64,000 nucleotides of DNA from positions 192,001 to 256,000 of the forward strand of contig OZ244034.1 in NCBI GenBank assembly GCA_965215185.1, written 5' to 3'. The notes under the pieces were generated by a model that did no database searches, was not told the origin of the DNA, and saw only the letters and a program-made list of their open reading frames with translations. Shown here in pieces: positions 41,691 to 51,559 of the stretch (the stretch's first letter is position 1; every line of letters starts with the position of its first letter). Source of the stretch: Acidimicrobiia bacterium. Lineage in GTDB: Bacteria; Actinomycetota; Acidimicrobiia; Spongiisociales; ZC4RG35. The translations under genes were made by a program, and so were the position numbers.

Positions 41691-43148
41691 ATGAAAAAAC
41701 ACCCGCGCTATAGGCTCGTTCTCGCAGCCCTACTGACCTTTGCCTTAGTGGCCGGCTGCAGTTCACCAGGATCGGAGAGCAGTTCGGAATCGTCGACTAC
41801 CACCACGGTCGAGTCGCCGACGGATGACGCTGTAGTCGAGTCCACCGAGCCGACCGAGTCCACCGAGCCGACCGAGTCCAGCGAGCCCCCCGAGTCGACC
41901 ACGTCGAGCGAGCCGGTCGCTCCGGGAGTGAGCACCGAACTGACGGCTGACCCGGTCTCGCTCGTGTTCTACATCGAGCCCAACTTCCCCTACATCGAAG
42001 CGCTCGGGGCGGAGTTCATGCGGCAGTATCCGAATGTTGAGATCGAGTACCGCAAGGACCAATTCGCCAGCCTGATGGAGAACACGCCCCGTGTGCTGGC
42101 TAGTGACGATCCACCGGACATAGTAAGGTTGCCGACCCTTATCGATCTCGTCGCCAATGATCTGCTGCTCAACCTCGATCCGTACGCTGACGCCTTCGGC
42201 TGGGACAGTTGGCCGCAGTCGATCCTCGCCCAGATTCGCGTGAACGAAGGCGGCTCAAGGGGTTCAGGATCGCTCTACGGTCTGGGTCTGGGATACAGCG
42301 TTACCGGAATCTTCTACAACAAGGAGCTGGCCGAACAGATAAACATAACGGCCGCCCCCGAGACTCTGGCGGAGCTCGACGCGCATCTGGCCGCGGCGAA
42401 GGTAGCGGACATTCAGCCGATCCTCGGGATGAACCTTCCGATGGCGGGAACAGCTCTGCCGTATCAGATGGTGCTCAACCAGTACGTTGACATAGATGAC
42501 CTGAACGGCTGGATTCTCCAGCAGCCCGGTCACATCTTCAATTCACCTGCGGCACTGGAGGCAGCCGAGCACTTCAATGACTGGATCGAAGCCGGCTACT
42601 TCCAATCCGATGTAAATGCCATTGACTACCCGACACACGTCGGCCAGTTCATCGACGGCGAGGGGCTCTTCCTGTTCATCGGTGATTGGGAGTCCGCCAA
42701 TCTTGGCGCACAGATGGGTGACAACGTGGGCTTCTTTCTCGTTCCGCCTCTGGAGGCCGGTGATCCCCATGTGGCGATGTCTGCGCCGGCTACTTACGGT
42801 GTGGCTGCCGCCTCCGCCAACCCTGATGCAGCGGCATTCTTCCTCAACTGGGCACACACCAGCCCCGAGGCCCGTCGTATCATCATCGAGGCCAGTGGGC
42901 AGAGTCCTGGTGGCCCGGCTGACTTGCCGGTTCCGGTTGTCGAGGGAACGCTTGCAGCAGAGACGATCGCCGCAGCGGCCGTCCTGGGAGAAGACGACGG
43001 AGCGGTCGACTTCATCGCCAACGCCACTGGCGCTATCTTGTCAGCGGCGATAAGCCCGGAGTTGCAGAAGATGTTCGCCGGCGAGCAGACCCCTCAAGGA
43101 CTGATCGATGCGATTCAAGCAGAATACGAGGACCAACTGGAGAGATAA
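41691..43148 (+). CDS. Oligosaccharide ABC substrate-binding lipoprotein
   Basis: Lipobox VAGC, ESTEPT repeat linker, GIFYNKEL, GDNVGFF (CUT1-type SBP). Confidence 0.9.
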   Translation: MKKHPRYRLVLAALLTFALVAGCSSPGSESSSESSTTTTVESPTDDAVVESTEPTESTEPTESSEPPESTTSSEPVAPGVSTELTADPVSLVFYIEPNFPYIEALGAEFMRQYPNVEIEYRKDQFASLMENTPRVLASDDPPDIVRLPTLIDLVANDLLLNLDPYADAFGWDSWPQSILAQIRVNEGGSRGSGSLYGLGLGYSVTGIFYNKELAEQINITAAPETLAELDAHLAAAKVADIQPILGMNLPMAGTALPYQMVLNQYVDIDDLNGWILQQPGHIFNSPAALEAAEHFNDWIEAGYFQSDVNAIDYPTHVGQFIDGEGLFLFIGDWESANLGAQMGDNVGFFLVPPLEAGDPHVAMSAPATYGVAAASANPDAAAFFLNWAHTSPEARRIIIEASGQSPGGPADLPVPVVEGTLAAETIAAAAVLGEDDGAVDFIANATGAILSAAISPELQKMFAGEQTPQGLIDAIQAEYEDQLER

Positions 43149-43277
43149 CACCTCTGCGGGGGAGGGTATCTCTCTCCCGAACGGCACGCGCGGCCGTGCT
43201 GTCGCCTGCGGAGAGCGAATCTCTGCGTTGAATGACACGCCCGGCCGCGCTGTCTACTGCACGACTCCTCTCTGCTC

Positions 43278-44156
43278 GTGAGGCTTAGGGTTCGAAGCGC
43301 CGGTCTTGGGGGATGGGTATACGTTCTGCCGGCGCTGGCTATCTATGCGTGGTTGGTGCTTGGTTCGCTCGCCACTGCGTTCCAGTACTCGTTGTACTAC
43401 TGGGACGGAGTGGGCGAATCACGGTGGGCCGGCTTCGACAATTACATGGAAGTGTTCCGCGACGACGAACTCCTCGGCGCGGTCGTTCACTCCCTTGTCC
43501 TCATTGGCTTCTACACCTTAATTCCCGTGAGCTGTGGGCTGGTGATGGCCGCCGTGATCCACAGGAGCCGCCAACGCTCTCTCAGCGGTCTCGCTCAGAC
43601 AATTCTCTTCGTGCCGCAGCTGGTTCCACTGGTAGCAGCCGGCATCGCCTGGAGATGGATGTTCTCGACCACTGGCGTCATCAACCAGTTCCTGGGCGTC
43701 ATAGGCCTCGGCTCGATCACGAGAGCTTGGCTGGCTGACTTCGACACGGCCCTTTCTGCGGTGGGACTGATCGGTGTCTGGGTGCTGCTGGGGTTTTGCA
43801 CGGTGCTGCTGTTGACCGGCATGAGCAAGATAGACCCGACGCTGTACGAGGCAGCCAGAATCGACGGAGCCGGACCGGTTCGCGAATTCTTTGCTGTGAC
43901 GCTTCCCTCAATACGTAACCAGATAGCGGTATGCCTGACGGTGACCGTCATCCTCTCCCTGGCGAGCTTCGACATCGTATTTGTGTCGACCGGGGGCGGA
44001 CCGGGTCTCCAGACGATGGTTCCCGGTGTGCAGATCTACAGACTCGCGTTCGCCCACCGCCAGGTCGGGCTCGCGTCCGCCTTTGGGCTGGTTCTCATGG
44101 TCCTGGTGATGGTTCTGATCCTTCCCATTCAGCGACTCTCGGTGAGGAGCGACTGA
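43278..44156 (+). CDS. Carbohydrate ABC permease
   Basis: WDG.G...WAGFDNY, LYEAARIDGA EAA loop, T.GGPG. Confidence 0.93.
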   Translation: MRLRVRSAGLGGWVYVLPALAIYAWLVLGSLATAFQYSLYYWDGVGESRWAGFDNYMEVFRDDELLGAVVHSLVLIGFYTLIPVSCGLVMAAVIHRSRQRSLSGLAQTILFVPQLVPLVAAGIAWRWMFSTTGVINQFLGVIGLGSITRAWLADFDTALSAVGLIGVWVLLGFCTVLLLTGMSKIDPTLYEAARIDGAGPVREFFAVTLPSIRNQIAVCLTVTVILSLASFDIVFVSTGGGPGLQTMVPGVQIYRLAFAHRQVGLASAFGLVLMVLVMVLILPIQRLSVRSD

Positions 44157-44980
44157 TGATCGCGAGTAAGCGGGAAGTTCTCCTGGGCAGGCTGATTGTG
44201 CTGGTGGCTATCGTCTATACGCTCATTCCTTTGCTGAGCATGCTTTCTGCTGCCTTGCAGCCTCAAGGGACGATCCCCAGAGGGTTCGAATGGCCTGATG
44301 ATCCACAGTGGGGGAACTTCCGCGACGCCTTCAACACGGCCAACATGGCTGCCCTGCTCAAGTCGAGCCTCATCATCGAGGCTGCGGTAGTTCCGATCTC
44401 GGTCTTGATGGCCACCATGGCTGGCTTCGCACTTGGACAGCTCCGTATTCCAGGCGGCAGGGCGGTATTCCTGATCATGCTATTGGGTTTGACGATGCCG
44501 TTCGAAGTGGTAATCACACCGCTCTACTACGAGATGCGTGATCTGGGTCTTGTCAATACCAGATGGGCGATCATCCTGCCGTTGATCGCGCTGTTCATGT
44601 CTTTTGGGGTCTTTTGGATGCGCTCGCACTTCTTGAACTTGCCCTCGGAGTTCTCCGACTCGGCCAAGGTGGACGGGGCAAGCACGTGGCAAGAGTTCCG
44701 CCATGTCCATCTCCCGCTGGCCAGACCGGCCATGTCGTTGCTGGCGATTCTCTACTTCATCTGGACGTGGAACCAGTTTTTTCTCGCTCTCGTCATGGTC
44801 AACGACGCTGAACAGCGCACGATGGCCGGTGCGTTGGGCTACTTTCAGAGCCAATGGGGTATCGATGTGGTGCTGCTGTCCGCCGGTTCGCTGGTCATCC
44901 TCACCCCCACTCTGATTCTCTTTGTCCTATTCCAACGACAGTTCGTGGCAGCGCTACTAGCGGGAGCCGTCAAGGGATGA
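44156..44980 (+). CDS. Carbohydrate ABC permease
   Basis: LPSEFSDSAKVDGA, F..TWNQF, QRQFV..L.AGAVKG. Coupled by TGATG overlap. Confidence 0.93.
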   Translation: MIASKREVLLGRLIVLVAIVYTLIPLLSMLSAALQPQGTIPRGFEWPDDPQWGNFRDAFNTANMAALLKSSLIIEAAVVPISVLMATMAGFALGQLRIPGGRAVFLIMLLGLTMPFEVVITPLYYEMRDLGLVNTRWAIILPLIALFMSFGVFWMRSHFLNLPSEFSDSAKVDGASTWQEFRHVHLPLARPAMSLLAILYFIWTWNQFFLALVMVNDAEQRTMAGALGYFQSQWGIDVVLLSAGSLVILTPTLILFVLFQRQFVAALLAGAVKG

Positions 44981-45747
44981 TTAGCAGGGTCCTGTCAGCT
45001 CATAAGCAGCGGGAAAGCAGTCGGGCCGCTGGTAGGGAGTCTCCCGAAGTGATTGAGGCAAGCTTTATAGAGCAACGGCCTCTTTCCGAAGGCCATCCGC
45101 GGCCCGACGCCGCCGATGAGCCTCACTGCATCACCCGGGAAGAACTTCTGCAACTCGCGGTTGGGATTCACGCCGCAGAGAGAAGGTACCTGATCGGGCT
45201 GACCGGACCGCCCGGATCGGGGAAGTCGACCCTGGCCGAGTATCTCGCTAAGTTGCTGTGCCCTTCCCCACCCATCGTACCGATGGACGGATTCCACCTG
45301 GCACAGGCAATGATCGAAGGGAAGGGATTAGGGGGCAGCAAGGGCTCGCCCGAGACCTTCGACCCTTGGGGCTTCGTCAACCTGATCAGGCGGATAGCGA
45401 GACCGGCTGACGACGCTGTGGTGTATGCGCCACAGTTCCATCGTGAAATCGAAGAACCGATCGCCGGAGCCATCCCGGTCAGACCCGCCGACGGCCTGGT
45501 GATCGTCGAAGGGAACTATCTGTTGTTGGGCGAATCTCCGTGGGATCGGATACCGCCGCTACTCGATCTCTGCGCCTACTTGGAAATCGATGACGCCACC
45601 CGGATAAGCCGTCTCGTCGATCGGCACGTGCGATACGGAAAGTCCAGCATTGAGGCCGAACGCTTCGTTCGTAACTCTGACGAGGTGAACGCTCAACTGA
45701 TCAAGGCAAACCGTCATCGTGCTGACCTCATTGTGCGCCTCAGTTGA
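44977..45747 (+). CDS. Nucleoside/sugar kinase (FrcK/YggC-like P-loop kinase)
   Basis: GPPGSGKST, VPMDGFHL, KGSPETFD, EGNYLLL, RH...GK. Confidence 0.85.
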   Translation: MISRVLSAHKQRESSRAAGRESPEVIEASFIEQRPLSEGHPRPDAADEPHCITREELLQLAVGIHAAERRYLIGLTGPPGSGKSTLAEYLAKLLCPSPPIVPMDGFHLAQAMIEGKGLGGSKGSPETFDPWGFVNLIRRIARPADDAVVYAPQFHREIEEPIAGAIPVRPADGLVIVEGNYLLLGESPWDRIPPLLDLCAYLEIDDATRISRLVDRHVRYGKSSIEAERFVRNSDEVNAQLIKANRHRADLIVRLS

Positions 45748-45802
45748 GTTGGCCGGTCGGATGTGGCTTCGCGGAACGGTCACGCGCCTTGGATAGGGAG
45801 GC

Positions 45803-45821
45803 TTGCGGATCGAAACCGACC
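45803..45821 (+). repeat. 19-bp direct repeat, copy 2
   Basis: Identical to 38847-38865. Confidence 0.85.
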
Positions 45822-45972
45822 GGCGCCGCCTGCACCACCGTCGCGTTGAACCTCCTGCTCGGGGCTTCTCAGCCATGCCGGAACTCGTTAAGATGGGTCA
45901 ACGACATCGCCGAAACACGCCAATGGCGGCAAAGGGCCGCAGCGGCGCCGAGAGATCTCCCAGGAGGTAGCC

Positions 45973-46410
45973 ATGTCCATCCGAAGGTTTACCGAAGTCG
46001 AGGCATACCAGCATGCCGATGACGGCTACTACTACCGTCCGCTGGTCGCCGGGAAGGAACTGTTCTCCTACGTGGCCCACGTGCCCGCCGGCGGTTACAT
46101 GCCACCCGATGCGGAGGAGGCCGAGCTGTTCGAGCTTTCGCTGTTCATGCTCGAGGGGAATCTGGACGGGATCCTCGACGAGGACCGGGTGGCCCTGACC
46201 GCGGGAGATGCGCTGCACATTCCCAGGGGGATGCCGTTCGGAGTGGAGAACAGGGGTTCTGCTACGGTCTCGTTCGTGCTCAGCTTCGCCCCCCCGCCGC
46301 CCAATGTGAATCTCGCCACGATGAAAGAGTCGGCCCTGCAACGGGGCCGGGTGGTGATCGAAGCCGCCGACGTCGAGGATGTGGTGGGCCCGGTCACCTT
46401 CCCCGGATAG
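45973..46410 (+). CDS. Cupin domain protein
   Basis: FMLEG.L...L.AGDALHIPRG.P....N cupin pattern; AGGAGG RBS. Confidence 0.8.
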   Translation: MSIRRFTEVEAYQHADDGYYYRPLVAGKELFSYVAHVPAGGYMPPDAEEAELFELSLFMLEGNLDGILDEDRVALTAGDALHIPRGMPFGVENRGSATVSFVLSFAPPPPNVNLATMKESALQRGRVVIEAADVEDVVGPVTFPG

Positions 46411-46415
46411 GCATC

Positions 46416-47450
46416 ATGACGATCGGCGCACCCGGCGAGTCGATCGGCGGGAAAACCGCGGGCTGCAGGTCAACTTTCCGCGACGAGACCCGGTTCGTCG
46501 AGGTCGACGGCGCAACCCTGGCCGGAACCCTGACGTGTCCCACCACGGACGGACCGTGGCCGGTGGCCCTCCTTATAGGCGGGACGTTCTCGGACCTGCG
46601 GGACGCGGATGCGGATCCGAGGCGGTTCCCAGGAGCTCCCAAGCGCGGCATGTACAAGATCCTCGCCCACGGGTTGGCGGAAGCGGGCATCGCCTCCTAC
46701 AGGTTCGACCGCAGAGGCGCCGGTGAGAGCACCGGGGAATTTGGGGTGGAACGCGCCCAGGAGGTCGCCGACGCCGGCGCGGTGTGGCGCTGGGTCAGGT
46801 CTTTACCCGAGTGCAAAGGGAAGGCTGCCATGGTGGGCCACAGCTCCGGCGCCTACATCCTGTGCCGGGTGGCGCTCGAAGTCGGGCAACCCGACGCGGC
46901 GGTGCTGCAGGGCGCCCTGTACCGGTCCATCGCCGATCTGTTCAGGTACAACGGTGGCCAGGTGCTCGACTACATGCGGCTCGGGGCAGAGCAGGCGGCA
47001 TGGGTCAGGGAGCACTCTCCCAAGACCTACGAGGATGCGCTGATGCTGGACGCCACCGTCGGCGCCCTCGAGAACGGCGACTTCATCGCCGAAGCCGAGG
47101 TTGACGGTGTGACAAGGACCCGCGACCTGTCGAGCCTCCGATACGACCTGGAGTTGCCTCCCGAAGACCAGTTCCGCCATCTCGCCGCCCCCACCCTCGT
47201 CCTCCACGCCTCGGAGGACCTGAACGTCCCGGTAGAGGACGCCTTCGACACCGTCCGCGCCCTATGGGCCGCCGGGAACCGGGATGTAGAGCTGCGGATA
47301 CTCTCGGCCGGCAACCATTCGTTCCAGTTCGACGCCCAGGACTACGAAACCCGGGTTCAGGAGAAGATCACCAAGCAGAACTTCGCCCGCCCTTTCGATC
47401 CGCTGTACCCCGCCGTCGTCATCGACTACCTGGCGCGAAGGCTCGCCTAA
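46416..47450 (+). CDS. Alpha/beta hydrolase
   Basis: LAGTLT.P, LAEAGIASYRFDRRG.GES.G, GHSSG nucleophile, D.NVP, NH. Confidence 0.88.
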   Translation: MTIGAPGESIGGKTAGCRSTFRDETRFVEVDGATLAGTLTCPTTDGPWPVALLIGGTFSDLRDADADPRRFPGAPKRGMYKILAHGLAEAGIASYRFDRRGAGESTGEFGVERAQEVADAGAVWRWVRSLPECKGKAAMVGHSSGAYILCRVALEVGQPDAAVLQGALYRSIADLFRYNGGQVLDYMRLGAEQAAWVREHSPKTYEDALMLDATVGALENGDFIAEAEVDGVTRTRDLSSLRYDLELPPEDQFRHLAAPTLVLHASEDLNVPVEDAFDTVRALWAAGNRDVELRILSAGNHSFQFDAQDYETRVQEKITKQNFARPFDPLYPAVVIDYLARRLA

Positions 47451-47636
47451 CCCGGCCGCGGACCGGTCACGAAACCTGCTCAAGATTCCATCGGCCCTGG
47501 AATCGTAAACGTTGCTGGCGATCAGCGAAAGTTCCGGGCCACGGGTTGTTAGAAGCCCCTGCGCGTCGTCTCAAACGTCGCGGAGGCCTATTCACCACCA
47601 GAGGTCGCCCTGACCACCCACGCGGTTATCGAGTAG

Positions 47637-47710
47637 CTGATCAAAGTAACCCGCAAATCGTGCTGACTTCATCGTGCGCCCGGGTTGAGTTGGCCGGTCG
47701 GATGTGGCTT
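47637..47710 (+). repeat. Diverged copy of the kinase gene 3' end and downstream flank (45697-45769)
   Basis: CGTGCTGAC.TCAT.GTGCGCC...GTTGAGTTGGCCGGTCGGATGTGGCTT is shared; the last 27 bp are identical. Confidence 0.85.
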
Positions 47711-47922
47711 TCTCGCGGCTTACGGGCAAAGGTGAGCGGAGCGAGTGCGGTTGGGTTGCTAAGGTGTCCTGTTTCTGAGATGTAGCGACACCTCGGGTTA
47801 ATACCGGGCTCGGGGGGTTCGGCGGTGCATCCTGTTGCTTGAGCATCGGCGAGAACCGCACTTTCGGATTACCCCAAAAACCGCACGAACCGAGCAGCTC
47901 GCACACCCGACAGGAACACGCT

Positions 47923-47955
47923 TGACGACGGATACTATCCCAATATCTTTCGTAA
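47923..47955. other. Putative recombination site A: TGACGACGGATAC-tatccca-ATATCTTTCGTAA
   Basis: 13-7-13 imperfect inverted repeat at the same position relative to the integrase fragment as site B is to the intact integrase. Confidence 0.65.
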
Positions 47956-47972
47956 GCGGTTGCTAAAGCGTC

Positions 47973-48138
47973 GATCTAGCTGGGGGTTTGGTCCTAGGAT
48001 CCATGCATGAACCATGTTGAATATCTTTTGTATGAGGGGGTGTGTGCTGTGAATAGCCGAGTGGTGGCCCTGGCCGACTACCGGGGAACACCACGACTGC
48101 GGTCGGCGGTGGAAGCGTTCTTCTCGGACAAACAACTT
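47973..48138 (+). pseudogene. Truncated second copy of the tyrosine recombinase leader and N-terminus
   Basis: Encodes AVNSRVVALADYRGTPRLRSAVEAFFSDKQL, identical to the N-terminus of 53472..54398. DNA is an inverted, diverged copy of about 54300-54465, cut by the ISL3 end. Confidence 0.9.
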
Positions 48139-50784
48139 GAGGCTTCGCGATATGTTGGGATTTGGGTAGGGAGGGGCTCTGGAGTTGCCCCGTTTTTGTG
48201 GACGGTTTGATGGTCCCCCGGTTTCTTGGAGTCAGCTCACTTGGATCAGTGGAGTGACGGTTCGGTTGTCGTCGTAGTGTATTTTCTCGTATTCGATGGG
48301 GGTGTGCATCTGTAGGGCGGTGTGGCGCCGCTGCCGGTTGTGGAAGATCTCCACGTACTCGAAGATAGCGTTGGCGAGTTCGATACGGGTCCGCCAGCGT
48401 CGCCGGTCCAACAGTTCAACCTGCATACGAGCCCAGAACGACTCCATTGTGGCGTTATCGAAACAATCCCCGACGGTTCCCATCGACGGTACCAGTCCGG
48501 ATTCGAGGGCCCGTTGGGTGAACGCCCAGGAGGTGAATTGGGTGCCCTGGTCCGAATGTATAACCGTGCCGGGATCGGGTTGGCGGTTCCCGATTGCCAT
48601 TCCCAACGCCGAGGTGACCAGTCCCGAGGTCGCCGAGTTATCGATCGACCAGCCCACGACCCGGCGACTGAACACGTCCAGCACCACAGCACAGTACACC
48701 TTGCCTTCCCGGGTGGGATGTTCTGTGATATCGGTCACCCACAGTTGGTCCGGTTCGAAACGGGCGAAGTTGCGGTCGACCAGGTCCACTGGCGTGTCTG
48801 CGTGGCGGGTCCGCCGTCTCGGGGTGCGGTCACCTACTAAGACCAGCTAGACCAGCTCTGCGCATCAGCATCGCTACTGCGTTGTGTCCTACGGTTATTC
48901 CATGACCCAATCTCAGTTCGGCGTGCACCCGCGGTGCCCCATACGTGCCGCGTGACTGTTCATGGATGTGGTGGATGACGTCGGTCAACCAGGCGTGGCG
49001 GATGCAACGGGCTGACGGCGGTCGGGACCTCCAGGCGTAGAACCCGGACTCTGACACTCCGAGCACTCGGCACGCCACCTGGGTGGGAAGCCGTTCGGTT
49101 CTCATGGTCCCGGATCACGGCGTAGCGTCTTTTGGGGACACCACTTGGTCTCCCAGCAGTTCAATAGCTCGCTTGGTCACGGCCAGTTCGGTTTCCAGAT
49201 CGACGATCCGACGGCGAGCGGCGCGCAGTTCGGCCTGTTCCTCCGAAGTGGCGCCGGGTTGTAGACCGCGGTCGATTCGGTCTTGACGCCGCCAGTTGTA
49301 GATCGTCTGATCAGACACCCCGAGATCCGCTGACAACGACGCTACCGACCTACCAACTGCCAGCAGATCGAGCACCCTGCGGCGAAACTCGGGGGGATAT
49401 CGATAAGGCATGAAGACTCCTTTCGGGTCAGTCATACCACCAATTCAAATAACCCGACTCCACGAAAGTGGGGTACCACCAGGGGTTGAGGCCTCGCTGG
49501 AATTGGCGGTGTAAGCATTGCCTATCCAGGAGGCCTCAATGAGTTTCGATGTTATGAGGGTGCGGTTGCACCTGCGTGGTGTTCGTGTGACCGGTGTGGA
49601 AGTGGACACCCCCGCAGAGTTGGTGGTGGGGGTGGTTTCTGTCAGGAAGTTGTCATCGTGCCCGTTTTGTGGGCTTTCTTGCCAGCAGGTGCATGACCGT
49701 CGCCGCAGGGAGATCCGCGATCTGGAGCACGGCGGCCGCTCGACGGTGGTGCTATGGACCCAGCGGCGGTTCGTGTGCGGTGCTTGTGGGAAACGGCACA
49801 TGGAAAACCATCCCCAGTTCGAAGGCAGTATTACCCGGCGGCTGGCCCGGCGGCTGGTCCAAGACGCTCAGGTGATGCCGATCAGTGCGGTGTCCCGACA
49901 TCATCGGGTGGGGTGGCATCTGGTCATGGGACTGCTCTGTGACTGGTCCGGGCTGGTCGGAGATCATCGTCGCAAACAGTCCTGTCGGGTGTTGCTGATC
50001 GATGAGACATCGATCCGCAAACGGCATCGGTATGTGACCGTGATCCCCTAGCGGTGACACCGGAGAGATGTTGGCGATGATCGAAGGACGCTCCAAAGCT
50101 GCTCTGAGCAGGTTCTTCATAGAACAAGGACCCCGATGGTGCCACAGTGTGCGTACCGTGGTCACCGACGGTTCCCACTCCTACCGGGCAGCCGTCCATC
50201 GCTATCTTCCCGGAGCCCGTCACGTCCTGGACCGGTTCCACGCCGTCCGCTGGTTCGCCCAAGGACTGACCCTGGTACGCAGAGAACTGCAACGCCGCCA
50301 ACCGCCCGGTGTGAAACCCGCCTTCGAACCGGACCTGTTCCGCGCCCGGTTCTGTCTGCTACGCAGAAACGACCACCTCACCGCCGCCGACCGGAAACGC
50401 CTCGAATGGCTATTCGCCGCCCACCCGCGTCTTCGGGTGGCCTGGGACGCTCTACAAGAGCTCTACGGCCTCTATCAGGCCGACGATCTCCAAGGCGCCC
50501 TGGACGCTCTCCAACGCTTCGCCGACCTCTACGAAACCGGCCAGATTCCCGAGTACCACAACACCGTGGACACCATATTGAACTGGTCAGACGAAATCCT
50601 GAACTGGCACCACAGCCGCCGTTCCAACGGACCCCTCGAAGGCACCAACAACCTAATCCAAACCCTCCGCAGAACCGCCCACGGCTTCACAAACCCCCAA
50701 AACTACGCCGCCCGAGGACTCCTCCTAACATGAACCCCACCACCAACCAGCCAGACCACAATCCCACGAATTCGCGAAGGGCCC
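48139..50784 (+). mobile_element. ISL3-family element; transposase 49539..50733 frameshifted near 50047; interrupted by IS3
   Basis: Zn finger CPFC...RRFVC..C, IDE, V.TD, DRFH, SNGPLEG.NN.I..L.R.AHGF.N..NY. Ends CTTCGCGATATGTTGGGATT and AATCCCACGAATTCGCGAAG are inverted repeats. Confidence 0.85.
48208..49481 (-). mobile_element. IS3-family element (orfA 49115..49435; orfB 48232..49105 with an extra frameshift)
   Basis: TG...CA ends with IRs TGATGGTCCCCCGGTTTCTTGGAGTC and TGGTGGTACCCCACTTTCGTGGAGTC. DDE motifs WVTDIT, HSDQGTQF, DNA..ESF. CCCCAAAA slippage site. Confidence 0.9.
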
Positions 50785-50811
50785 AACATCTAGGGTCTTA
50801 CACTGAAGGGC

Positions 50812-51297
50812 ATGGATGTCTTAAAGTCGGTCATCGTAGATCATCTAATCGAGACTGGCCACCAATCGCGATACAACAATGCGTTTGCTCGTCGGTTCCG
50901 CTCTTACCACTCGGGGATGTTGTGGGGGCTGTCTGCTCTCGGCATAGTGGAGATTGTCTTAGTGGTGATAGAGGTACCAGCAGTGACTCTTACCATCGTG
51001 CCAGCGGTGATGGCCGCTATGGCTGGATGGCTGGAAAGAGCGGACTTGCAGGCGAAAGCCGTCACCCTCTCGAATTTGGCGGGCGACTATCAAATCATCG
51101 AGACGGATCTATGGAGATTGTGGCATGGCACCGACGATGACAATGCCGGACACACCCTAGCAACTGTGGAAACCCAGTTCAAGATTCTGAACGCCAAAGC
51201 CTCCTCTAACAGAATCTCTGTTCAGAGCACCATCAGCAAACGATCCCTTGAGAACACACTGAAGGTTCTTGAGGATCGGGGCATCAGCGTTTCTTAG
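50812..51297 (+). CDS. Two-TM helical protein, SLATT-like
   Basis: N-terminal helix (..RY..FARRF..YH), two adjacent hydrophobic helices, then AKA..L..L...Y..IE.DL..LW helical tail. Confidence 0.5.
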   Translation: MDVLKSVIVDHLIETGHQSRYNNAFARRFRSYHSGMLWGLSALGIVEIVLVVIEVPAVTLTIVPAVMAAMAGWLERADLQAKAVTLSNLAGDYQIIETDLWRLWHGTDDDNAGHTLATVETQFKILNAKASSNRISVQSTISKRSLENTLKVLEDRGISVS

Positions 51298-51559
51298 GCG
51301 GAGGAGACGGCTTATCTCGCCTCGCGGGTCGTACTGGACGATCAGGTTTATCACGTCGTAGCGGGCGCCGGTCCCTCTGTGGAGGCGGAGAGGGTTCTCT
51401 GCGTTTCCTCTCAGTCAGGTCTGGTCTTGGGGGGTGGGAGGTGCTGTCTGGGGTCAGGATTGTCTCGATCTCCCGACGGAGGCATTGTGCACGTTCTTGT
51501 ACATCACGAGGTAGTTCGGTGTCTGTGATGGTCATCGCAACCATGATACCAAAGGCGGG

